Source: Candidatus Poribacteria bacterium
GTDB taxonomy: Bacteria; Poribacteria; WGA-4E; GCA-2687025
Reading direction: 5' to 3'
Assembly (NCBI GenBank): GCA_963665845.2
Contig: OY762492.1
Coordinates: forward strand, 2,592,001 to 2,656,000
DNA length: 64,000 nt
The first letter of the stretch is position 1. Each line of letters opens with the position of its first letter. The notes under the pieces were generated by a model, which saw only the letters and a list, made by a program, of their open reading frames with translations, did no database searches and was not told the DNA's origin. Positions 1-8,498 of the stretch are shown in pieces. The position numbers and the translations under genes are program-made.

Positions 1-278
1 TGATGGCGCCGAGTCCCGTTCAGTCGGGCGGGGCGGCGTTTCTGTTTCGTCTCAGCGCCGGCGCCGATTCGGTCGTTGCCGATATTTATGCGTCGTCCGG
101 GCGGCGGGTTGCGCGGCTGGAGGGAGGGCAGTATCCGCCGGGGCGGGTGGAGCTGTTTTGGGACGGACGCGGCGCGGACGGACGCCCCTTGGCAAACGGC
201 GCCTACTACTTCCGCCTCACCGCGCGGCTGAACGGCGATGTCCGTCAAGCCGTCGGCAAGTTTGCTGTCGCCCGTTGA
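1..278 (+). CDS. 3' end of a secreted protein with FlgD-Ig / T9SS-CTD-like C-terminal domain (5' partial)
   Basis: Ends ...VELFWDGRGADGRPLANGAYYFRL...GKFAVAR, typical FlgD_ig-type terminal domain; frame open from window start. Confidence 0.75.
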   Translation, partial: MAPSPVQSGGAAFLFRLSAGADSVVADIYASSGRRVARLEGGQYPPGRVELFWDGRGADGRPLANGAYYFRLTARLNGDVRQAVGKFAVAR

Positions 279-342
279 CGCCGTCAATGTACCGACGCAT
301 CATGCAAATCGAGACGAAACGACGCAGCGCAAGGAGCCTCCG

Positions 343-1164
343 ATGATCATCGACGCGCACACCCATTTTTACGACCCGACGCGCCCTGAAGGAGTCCCAT
401 GGCCGCCGAAAGAGAACGCGCTTCTGTACCGCCCGACGCTGCCGGATCGGTTCAAGCCGCTTGCCGAACCGCTCGGCGTTACAGGAACGGTTGTCGTGGA
501 GGCAAGCCCATGGGTTGAGGACAATCAATGGATACTAGACCTGGCGGAAGAGGAGCCGATGATCGTCGGCTTTGTCGGTAACCTGGACCTGAAATCGGAG
601 CAGTTTGAAGCGCGGCTGAACAGGTTTGCGCGGCATCCGCTTTTTCGGGGAGTCCGCGCCCATGCGTCCGCGCTGAACGGAACGGCGGCGGCGCTGCGCC
701 TGTTAGAAGAGGCGGACCTGTCGCTTGATCTGCATGTGAACGCGGAGTCGCTGCCGAACGCGGTTCGCGCCGCGGCGGCGTTTCCGAACCTGCGCATCGT
801 GTTGAATCATACCGCGCAGGCGCGGGTTGACGGCGAACCGCCGGACGCTCTCTGGATGGAACGCATGGAAGCGGCGGCGCGGCGGGAGAATCTGTATTGC
901 AAGGCGTCCGCGCTGGCGGAGACGGCGGCGCGGCAGCCTGCCCCCTCGGAGGCGGAGTACTACCGCCCCGTTCTGGACGCGCTCTGGGGGCTGTTTGGAG
1001 AGCGGCGGCTTATTTACGGCAGCAACTGGCCGGTCTGTGAACGGGCAGCCGATTACAAGACCGTTTTTCAGATTGTGGACAACTATTTTTCTGAAAAGGG
1101 AGAGCGCGCGCGTCAACGCTATTTTGCTGAAAACGCGCGCGCCGCCTACAAATGGATCAACTGA
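343..1164 (+). CDS. Amidohydrolase family 2 protein (L-fuconolactonase-like)
   Basis: MIIDAHTH metal motif, IVLNH, YGSNWPV; AAGGAG RBS upstream of ATG 343. Confidence 0.88.
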   Translation: MIIDAHTHFYDPTRPEGVPWPPKENALLYRPTLPDRFKPLAEPLGVTGTVVVEASPWVEDNQWILDLAEEEPMIVGFVGNLDLKSEQFEARLNRFARHPLFRGVRAHASALNGTAAALRLLEEADLSLDLHVNAESLPNAVRAAAAFPNLRIVLNHTAQARVDGEPPDALWMERMEAAARRENLYCKASALAETAARQPAPSEAEYYRPVLDALWGLFGERRLIYGSNWPVCERAADYKTVFQIVDNYFSEKGERARQRYFAENARAAYKWIN

Positions 1165-1623
1165 CCGGCAGTCTCTATAGGCGATGATGTTGTTTTTAGA
1201 GCCTTTTGAAATTCGGAAGCTTTCTGGAAAAACTCTGGATTCCCGCTTACGCGGGAATGCATGTCCCCGCGGAAGCGGGGAACGAATAGCTCAATCACAG
1301 CGGTTGGGGCGCGGTTTCTGGACTCCCCCCTTGAAAAGGGGGGCAGGGGGGGTTTTGAGCGCGGGTTGCGCTTGGTTTTGAACTAGGATGAAAGGATGAT
1401 TAAGATTGCCAAGAGCGCCGCTCACGGGAATTTCTTTGGCAATCTTTTCAATCTTGGCAATCCTAGTTCAGACAGCAGACGGTTTCGGCGGCGCCTCTAG
1501 ATTCCCGCTTACGCGGGAATGCATGTCCTCGCGTAAGCGGGGGACGGATTGGTTGGCGGCGCCTTTTTCCCATGAATAGAGCGATCGTCGGTTCAAATGT
1601 CCCAACTTTAGGCGTGAGGTCAG
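1161..1623. repeat. Composite intergenic repeat mosaic (family-2 end, dRS3-like module x2, CCCCCTTGAAAAGGGGG hairpin, 9-nt-periodic module, family-1 end)
   Basis: 1167-1357 resembles 31548-31742; 1378-1470 is a reverse-complement copy of the module at 35187-35277; ends TGTCCCAACTTTAGGCGTGAGGTCAG. Confidence 0.9.
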
Positions 1624-1695
1624 AGAATAAAAGCGTTGCGCATTGGCGCCCATATGCGCTAACATAGACAGAAGCGAAGAAAGAGGAGCGTTCCA

Positions 1696-2115
1696 TTGAA
1701 GCGCGTGTATTGGATACTGGGCTGCGTCTTGGCAATTGGAGCCGTCGCGGGGGCGGCGCGGATTGTTCAACGCGGCGGGCAGGAGAAACGGCAGGCGGCC
1801 GTTGAGCGGATCGCCGACCTTGAGTTTGCGCTGGATCGATACGCCAAAGCGACCGGCGACTACCCCTCCACCGAGCAGGGGCTGGACGCGCTCTGGGAAA
1901 AACCGACCGGGCTGCCGAGGCCTGTCAACTGGGACGGACCCTATATTGACGATCCGAACTTCAACGACCCGTGGGGCAGCCCGTATGTGTATCGGCGTCC
2001 AGGGCGGAACGACCCGTACGCCTTCGATCTGTTCTCGCGCGGCGCCGACGGCATTGAAGGCGGACGCGGAGAAAACGAAGATGTTGTCAACTGGCTCCGC
2101 CCCGAAGACCTGTGA
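1696..2115 (+). CDS. gspG: Type II secretion major pseudopilin GspG-like protein, without a canonical prepilin cleavage site
   Basis: ALDRY..GDYPSTEQGLDAL, WDGPY, DPWGSPYVY, DLFSRGADG, EDVVNW; GAGGAG RBS before TTG. Confidence 0.8.
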   Translation: MKRVYWILGCVLAIGAVAGAARIVQRGGQEKRQAAVERIADLEFALDRYAKATGDYPSTEQGLDALWEKPTGLPRPVNWDGPYIDDPNFNDPWGSPYVYRRPGRNDPYAFDLFSRGADGIEGGRGENEDVVNWLRPEDL

Positions 2116-2138
2116 GCGCTTGATGCGGGTTTCATAAT

Positions 2139-4214
2139 ATGGGTTTTTTAAACCCGCTGCTGCTTCTCGGCATACTCGCCGCCGCCGCCCCGGTGCTGAT
2201 CCACTTGTGGAGCCGGCGGCGCGCCCGGACGCTGCAGTTCAGCGCGCTGCGGTTTCTCATGGAGGCGGCGCAGCAGTCCGCCCGGCGGTTTCGTCTTGAA
2301 CAGCTGCTGCTTCTGGCGCTGCGCGTTCTGGCGCTCGCGCTCATTGCGCTGGCGATGGCGCGCCCCGTTTTGAGAGGAGCCGCGCTGTTCGGCAACCCGC
2401 GCGCCCAGACAACCGCAATCATCGTGTTAGACCAGTCCGCAAGCATGGGTTACGAAGGCGTGGACGGCGTTCCGTTTGAAAAAGCGAAAGCGCGCGCGCT
2501 TGAAATCCTGCGCTCGCTTCAACCAGGCGACGCCGCCTCCGTGATACTCATGTCGGATCGGCAAACGACGCTTTTTGAACCCCCGACAACGCAGATCCGC
2601 GAAGCGGAACGCGCCATCGAATCGGCGCCGCTGCGTCTGCGCGGGACAAGCCCCGAATCGGCTCTTGAGCGCGCCGCGGAGCTGGTGGAACGTTCCCAGT
2701 CGCCGAACCGAGAAATCTATATTTTAAGCGACTTCACCGCGAACGGATGGCGCAATGCGCGCGTCCCCATCGAGTCGGCGCGCGTTTTCATGATGCCGTT
2801 CCGCGCCGTCTCCGCCGGACCTGTTGAGAACGCATACATCGCCTCGATACAGCCCGACAATCCGATTGTGGCGGCGGGTACGCCCGCCGTGTTTCGAGTG
2901 GAGCTGCGCAACACCGGCGGCGCGGCCGCCCAGAGGCGCCTTGAGTTCCGCGCGGGCGGAAAACTGAAAAGCGGCGCCGCCGTCACGATCCCGCCGGAAT
3001 CAAGCGTCGTCAAAGAGTTTCAGCATGCGTTTGAAGCGGCGGGCAGATACGAAGTGCGCGCTACCCTTGACCAAGACAGGCTTGCCGCGGACGATGAGCG
3101 CGCCGTTGTCGTTGAAGCGCTGGGGCAGATCGACGCCTATATCGTCGGCGACAACGCGCTGCATCTCGCGCTGGCGCTGAACCCGTCGCTGGATCCGCAG
3201 CCCGAAAGCGTGTACGCCGTCCGCCCTGTTCTGATCTCCAGCGAAGAGGCGCCCAGCCGCCCGTTTGACGCGGCGGATCTGCTCATTTTACAAGACCCGC
3301 CCCTGAACGACGAGCGGCTCAACAGCCGGCTGCGCAACCGCCTGTTGAGCGGGCAGCCGGTACTGGTTTTTCTCGGAGAGCAAGCCGATTCGACGGCGGC
3401 GCCGGACTGGCTGCCCGTTTCGGTCGGCGCTGTTCAGCAGTCGCAGGAGCCGTTGAAGCTGCGCCCTGCGCATCTATCGAACCCGTCCGCTGTCGATTCG
3501 TTACATCTGTTCGGCATTTTTGAGGGGGATCCATGGATGCGGCGGGGGGCGCCTTCGTTTTACCGCTATCGGCAGTTGACCCTCAAGCCGACAGCGCAGA
3601 TATTGTGCCGCTTCAGCGATGGAGAAACCGCTGTCGCTGTCGGGCGTTCCTTAGGGGGAGTGTGCGTCGCGGTGAACGCGCCAGGTTATGGGCAGGAAAG
3701 CTCTAACTTTCCGCTGAACCCGTCGTTTCCGCCGCTTGTTCAACAGCTGGCGTTTTACGCGCTGACGCCGCAGAACCCCCCCGCGCGGGCAGTTGAAGCG
3801 GGAAACGCCTACCGCCTTCCGTTGAAGCCGTCCGACCCGGCGGCGTTTGAAATCGAAGCGCCGGACGGCGAAAAGCGCTCCGTCGGACGAACGCCGGACG
3901 GAGCGGAAATGAATTACAGATGGACAGACGAAGCGGGGCTGTACCGCGTCGCCGGCAACGGCGGGTTCGCCGAGATGTTTGTCGTGAACGCGCCGGTTGA
4001 CGAGTCGAACCTGGCGCCGCTTCCGCGCGGTCAGGCGTTGAACGCCGTCCAAGGCAGCGCCGCATGGGTCGACTCGGACGAGCGGCAAGAGACGGCGGGC
4101 TGGGACCTTCAACAGGAGCGGCTGGGACGAGAGCTGTGGGCGGAGGCGCTGCTTTTGGCGGCGCTGCTTTTGGCGGTGGAGTCGTTTCTTTCGAACCGAC
4201 CTTTAAAAGAGTAA
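2139..4214 (+). CDS. BatA N-terminal domain + vWA domain membrane protein
   Basis: FLNPLLLLG..PVLIHL (BatA), MIDAS-like LDQSASM and ILSDF, C-terminal TM helix ELW..LL..LLLAVES. Confidence 0.85.
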   Translation: MGFLNPLLLLGILAAAAPVLIHLWSRRRARTLQFSALRFLMEAAQQSARRFRLEQLLLLALRVLALALIALAMARPVLRGAALFGNPRAQTTAIIVLDQSASMGYEGVDGVPFEKAKARALEILRSLQPGDAASVILMSDRQTTLFEPPTTQIREAERAIESAPLRLRGTSPESALERAAELVERSQSPNREIYILSDFTANGWRNARVPIESARVFMMPFRAVSAGPVENAYIASIQPDNPIVAAGTPAVFRVELRNTGGAAAQRRLEFRAGGKLKSGAAVTIPPESSVVKEFQHAFEAAGRYEVRATLDQDRLAADDERAVVVEALGQIDAYIVGDNALHLALALNPSLDPQPESVYAVRPVLISSEEAPSRPFDAADLLILQDPPLNDERLNSRLRNRLLSGQPVLVFLGEQADSTAAPDWLPVSVGAVQQSQEPLKLRPAHLSNPSAVDSLHLFGIFEGDPWMRRGAPSFYRYRQLTLKPTAQILCRFSDGETAVAVGRSLGGVCVAVNAPGYGQESSNFPLNPSFPPLVQQLAFYALTPQNPPARAVEAGNAYRLPLKPSDPAAFEIEAPDGEKRSVGRTPDGAEMNYRWTDEAGLYRVAGNGGFAEMFVVNAPVDESNLAPLPRGQALNAVQGSAAWVDSDERQETAGWDLQQERLGRELWAEALLLAALLLAVESFLSNRPLKE

Positions 4215-4420
4215 TCAGCGCCCCCTCCTCGTCCCCGCTGACGCGAGGGCATGCATTCCCGCGCCCCCTCATCGTCCCCCGCTTCCCCGTTTTCACGAGG
4301 ACATGCCCGCGAGGACATGCATTCCCGCCCCTGCGGTAAAACGCGCGGGAATCTAGAGGCGGCGCAGAAACCGTCTGTCTTTGTCCGTCGATATGTCCCA
4401 ACTAAAGATACAAGGTCAGA
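4215..4420. repeat. Repeat mosaic with long-loop dRS3-like variant and family-1 terminal repeat
   Basis: ATTCCCGCCCCTGCGGTAAAACGCGCGGGAAT; ends TGTCCCAACTAAAGATACAAGGTCAG. Confidence 0.85.
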
Positions 4421-4505
4421 GTCAACCCGCTTGCAAGCGGCGCGCATTTTAGTAAAATAAAGTTGACGCCCGTTTATCTTACAACCTTAATGTAAAGGAG
4501 CGGTC

Positions 4506-5432
4506 ATGAAACACCGCAGGTTCCTCATTGGCAAAATCGCATGCGTTCTGTTGACGGTCGGCTGGTTGTTGCCGCTCAACGGATGCAACAAGTGGGCGGA
4601 CGATACTGAAAATGAAATTGAGCGGCGCGATTCGACGGCGCGGTCCATCAACGGGCTGAGACCAGAAGATCAAACGCCCCGCTACCGCCCTGCGCCGGAC
4701 CCTTCAGAATCGTTGTCTGAAGGCGGCGGCGCGTCCGCTTCACAGCAGAAAGAGAGCGCCGACTTCCAACCCACCTACGATTTCAAGACATGGGAAGACG
4801 CACTGGTAGCATACGCGCATCTGGTCGGCATCGAATACGACCATGTCATGAAGGAAGAGTTGCAAGATCTGCAAACGGGGTGGAAGCGACCGCCAACGCA
4901 GAAAACCATTCGCGCTTTTGCTGCAGGCAGAGCCGCGACAAGGGTATTTAAACGGTTTTACATGGAAAATAAGTACCCTGAGTTAAGGGCGGCGATCATG
5001 CCGTTTCACAAGGATGTCCCGAAAGCAGAATGGGATTCGGTAAAAATGTTGGCGCGCATCGGCAAGCTGCCCGCCTCCGATCTGCGCAACGAGATCAAGC
5101 TTCCGAACGGCAAGATGTACGATCTGAAGGAGAATACGGAGCTGGTCGTGAAGTTTCAAAAGCGGGGGAAGCTCACCGAATCGGGCAAGAAGGAGCTGGC
5201 GGCGTTTCGAGAGCGGGAGAAGGAGCTGCTGCGCCAGCTGGACGGTTCCCCGTCCGAAAGCGAGAGGGCGTCCCTGACCGAGGAGCTGGAATGGGCGCGC
5301 TCGGAGATTGAAACCCTAAGCGGCAAAGGTCCGCTGTTCGATTTCGTTTGGCGGTACGGGTTGGGCAATCCGAGCGATCCTGGCTATAAGGTGGTCGAGA
5401 TGGACCTGGGCGTCATTGAGCGGCGCGATTGA
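4506..5432 (+). CDS. Hypothetical lipoprotein
   Basis: 308-aa ORF, AAGGAG RBS, signal peptide ending in LNGC lipobox-like motif; no family recognised. Confidence 0.7.
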   Translation: MKHRRFLIGKIACVLLTVGWLLPLNGCNKWADDTENEIERRDSTARSINGLRPEDQTPRYRPAPDPSESLSEGGGASASQQKESADFQPTYDFKTWEDALVAYAHLVGIEYDHVMKEELQDLQTGWKRPPTQKTIRAFAAGRAATRVFKRFYMENKYPELRAAIMPFHKDVPKAEWDSVKMLARIGKLPASDLRNEIKLPNGKMYDLKENTELVVKFQKRGKLTESGKKELAAFREREKELLRQLDGSPSESERASLTEELEWARSEIETLSGKGPLFDFVWRYGLGNPSDPGYKVVEMDLGVIERRD

Positions 5433-5531
5433 GGCTCCGCCTGTCGGCAGTTTCAAGGGGGAATCGGATGCGGCGCCCGTTCTTTTAAACGCCCTAGCCC
5501 TCTTTTCAAGGAGGGATTAGAAAAAGAGCAG

Positions 5532-6908
5532 TCATAGGAGCAGGCGGGAGACGGCCTCGGCGGCGCGGTTCAACAGCTCCCGCGCCCGCGCCGCGTCCCG
5601 CGATTCAGCGAAGACGCGCATGACAGGCTCCGTGCCGGACGGGCGTACCGAGACCCAGCTGCCGTCCTGCCATGTCAATTTCAGCCCATCCATCGTCTCC
5701 GCGGAGGCTTCCCTAGCCCATGACATCGCCTCCGCCAGTCGATTCGCGTCGGGCGGGCGCGTTGTCAGCCGAACTTTTTTCTTCACCAGAACGTACCGCC
5801 CCCATTCGTTCACCCAGTCCGACAGCGTTCCGCCGCGGCGCGCCAGCCCGCTCGCGATCACCGCCGCCGCGGCGACGCCGTCCGTTGTCAGATGAACCTG
5901 CGGGAGAACGACGCCGCCGGTGCTTTCCCCGCCGACCGCCGCGCCCGCCTCCTTCATCTTCTCTACCACATGGCCGACCCCAACAGGCGTTCGCAGGATC
6001 GGGACGTTATGTTTTTGCGCCGTTTCGTCTAAAAGCGCGCCGGTAACGACGGTCGTTACGATGGGTCCGCGCCGTTCTTTCAAGAGGGCGTCCGCCGTCA
6101 GCGCGAAGGTGTACTCCTCCGGGATAAACGCTCCCGTTTCGTCGATGAGCGTTGTTCGGTCGGCGTCCGGGTCATGCGCGATTCCGATGTCGGCGCCATG
6201 TTCTTTGACCGCCGCTTTGAGCGCGTCTAGGCTGTCTTCGGTCGGCTCCGGTTTTCGGGGAAAAATGCCGTTCGGATCGCAGTGTATCTCCTCCGTCTCG
6301 CAACCGAGGCGGCGCATCAAGGCAGGGCTGACGAGGGAGCCTGCGCCGTTCCCGGCGTCCACGACAACGCGCATCCCGCGCCGTTTCACCGCTTCGGCGT
6401 CGACGCTTTGGAGGCTCAAGACCCGCTCCATATGCGCCTCGGCGGCGCCCTCTTCAACGCGAAAATTGCCCGTCTCGTTCCAAGGGGAGAATCTCCGCGG
6501 CGGATTGTGAAACCATGCCTCCAACAGGCGCCGTTCCGAGGCGTTCAAGAGGCGCCCCCGCTCCATCGCAAACTCGATGCCGTTCCATTCGGCGGGGTTA
6601 TGGCTCGCGGTGATCGTGAGCGAGCCGTCCATTTCAAAATGCGAGGCGGCGTAAAGAGCGGTCGGCGTCGGCGCGATTCCAAAATCGACCGCGTCCAGCC
6701 CGTTCAACATCAACGCCGAGGCGAGCGCCGCCAGCGCCGCTTCGCCAGACAGCCGCGTGTCGCGCGCTATCGAAACGACCCGCCCGCCGCGCTGTTTTAT
6801 GAGCCGCGCAAAAGCGTTGCCGAAACGGACAAGGTTGGCGGCGGTGAACGACTCGCCTGTCCGCGCGCGGAAGCCGGAGACGCCGAACACAAAATCGCGC
6901 CCTGTCAT
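5532..6908 (-). CDS. Phosphohexomutase (phosphoglucomutase/phosphomannomutase/GlmM family)
   Basis: TASHNP catalytic loop, DPDADR metal loop, GGES, VRPSGTEP. Confidence 0.93.
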   Translation of the reverse strand: MTGRDFVFGVSGFRARTGESFTAANLVRFGNAFARLIKQRGGRVVSIARDTRLSGEAALAALASALMLNGLDAVDFGIAPTPTALYAASHFEMDGSLTITASHNPAEWNGIEFAMERGRLLNASERRLLEAWFHNPPRRFSPWNETGNFRVEEGAAEAHMERVLSLQSVDAEAVKRRGMRVVVDAGNGAGSLVSPALMRRLGCETEEIHCDPNGIFPRKPEPTEDSLDALKAAVKEHGADIGIAHDPDADRTTLIDETGAFIPEEYTFALTADALLKERRGPIVTTVVTGALLDETAQKHNVPILRTPVGVGHVVEKMKEAGAAVGGESTGGVVLPQVHLTTDGVAAAAVIASGLARRGGTLSDWVNEWGRYVLVKKKVRLTTRPPDANRLAEAMSWAREASAETMDGLKLTWQDGSWVSVRPSGTEPVMRVFAESRDAARARELLNRAAEAVSRLLL

Positions 6909-8128
6909 GAAAGAATCATGCCTTTCGGTATGACGGCGACGCCCGATTCGGTCGCTTTAAATTCTTGAACGCTCTCCGGCATGTCGGAGCTGATGCGCCT
7001 GTTCGGCGGGATGACAACCCCTTTATCCACAATGGCGCGCGAGACGACCGCGCCGCTGCGCACCACGGCGCCTTCAAAAAGTATGGAACCTTTAACGACC
7101 GCGCCCGGCTCCACCCTCACATTCGGGGCGACGACCGAATCGCGCACCGTTGCGCCGCGCAGCAGACAGCCCGACGAAAGCAGCGAATTGTCGACCGACA
7201 GCGGCGCCTCGCTGTCCGAGAGAAGGCGGGCGGGCGGCGCCGGCGGACGAAGCGCCCGTATCGGCCACTCGGAGCTGTACAGGTCGAACGGCGGCTCCGG
7301 TTTCAACAGGTCTTGGTGCGCCTCATAAAAGCTGTCAAGCGTTCCGATGTCGCGCCAGTAGTTTCGGTCGGGGCGGTTCGGCTCATGGAACGGGAAAGCG
7401 TCCACCTGCTCCTGCGAGTCAACCAAGCGCGGAAGGATGTTTTTTCCAAAGTCATGGTCGGAGTCGCGCCGGGCGTCGTCAATGAGCGCCTTCACGAGCG
7501 CGTCCGTGTTGAAGATGTAGATGCCCATGGAGGCGAGGGCAAAGTCGGGTTTGCCGGGCATCGGCTTCGGGTCGTTAGGTTTTTCTACAAAGCTGCGTAT
7601 CTGAAAGTTTTCATCCGCCTCCATGACGCCGAATCGGGACGCTTCGCGGATGGGCGCCTCGATGCATCCGACGGTCAAGACGGCGCCGCTCTGCGCATGC
7701 GCCTCCAGCATTTCGCCGTAGTCCATTTTATAGACATGGTCGCCGGAGAGAATCAACACATATTCGGGGCGCGTTTGTTCAAGGAATTCTATGTTTTGGT
7801 AGATGGCGTCCGCCGTCCCCATATACCATGTGGCATGCGTTTTTTGCTGCGGCGGCGCCAGATCGATGAACTGTCCGAGAGCCGGGATCACATAGGATGA
7901 CCAGCAGTTTTGGACATGCCGATGGAGCGTGACGGAGCGGTACTGCGTCAACAAAAAGATGCGCGTCAAACCCGAATTGAGGCAATTCGACAAGGTGAAA
8001 TCGATGATGCGGTAGGAGCCGCCGAACGGGACGGCGGGCTTCGCGCGGTATTTGGTGAGCGGATAAAGCCGCGAGCCTTGACCGCCCGCCAAGATCATGA
8101 CCGCCGCCCGCTTGTCAAGACTTTTCAT
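6905..8128 (-). CDS. glgC: Glucose-1-phosphate adenylyltransferase
   Basis: LAGGQGSRLYPLT..RAKPAVPFGG, WYMGTADA, SGDHVYKMDY, ASMGIYIF, DFGK, YWRDIGT. Confidence 0.97.
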   Translation of the reverse strand: MKSLDKRAAVMILAGGQGSRLYPLTKYRAKPAVPFGGSYRIIDFTLSNCLNSGLTRIFLLTQYRSVTLHRHVQNCWSSYVIPALGQFIDLAPPQQKTHATWYMGTADAIYQNIEFLEQTRPEYVLILSGDHVYKMDYGEMLEAHAQSGAVLTVGCIEAPIREASRFGVMEADENFQIRSFVEKPNDPKPMPGKPDFALASMGIYIFNTDALVKALIDDARRDSDHDFGKNILPRLVDSQEQVDAFPFHEPNRPDRNYWRDIGTLDSFYEAHQDLLKPEPPFDLYSSEWPIRALRPPAPPARLLSDSEAPLSVDNSLLSSGCLLRGATVRDSVVAPNVRVEPGAVVKGSILFEGAVVRSGAVVSRAIVDKGVVIPPNRRISSDMPESVQEFKATESGVAVIPKGMILS

Positions 8129-8498
8129 GCGCCGCCTGCTTCGCCAAACGCGCGATGGCGTTTTTCAAATCTTTGAAATCGGACGCTTTCACCACATACT
8201 CGACCGCCGCCCAGGTCATATAATTTTCTTTATACGCCGAATACGCCGTATGGAGTATCACCGGCAAATTCGCGTTTAGATTCACCATCTCGCTCAAGGT
8301 TTCAATGCCGTCTTTGCCCGGCATGTTGATGTCCAGGACGACCACATCCGGCGGGGACTTCTGAACCGCCTCGATGGCGGCGGCGCCGTTATGGACGACG
8401 CGCGTCTGGTACCCCTCATCCTCCAGCTCTTCCTGAATCAGAGCCGCCATCGCCTTGTCGTCTTCTACAATCAGAACCTCAATCGCAATATCGTTCAT
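8115..8498 (-). CDS. Single-domain response regulator (receiver)
   Basis: VLIVEDD, VLDINMPGKDG, ILHTAY, YVVK; overlaps kinase stop and glgC start. Confidence 0.93.
   Translation of the reverse strand: MNDIAIEVLIVEDDKAMAALIQEELEDEGYQTRVVHNGAAAIEAVQKSPPDVVVLDINMPGKDGIETLSEMVNLNANLPVILHTAYSAYKENYMTWAAVEYVVKASDFKDLKNAIARLAKQAAHEKS

Noticed and set aside
1184-1381. Short ORFs with LDSRLRGN / PPLKRG / MLKVGT / HSRVSGN peptides (also 12484-12678, 31556-31864, 35492-35779, 45841-46105, 49046-49267)
   Set aside because: Translations of the non-coding repeat modules in various frames; no RBS or consistent frame.
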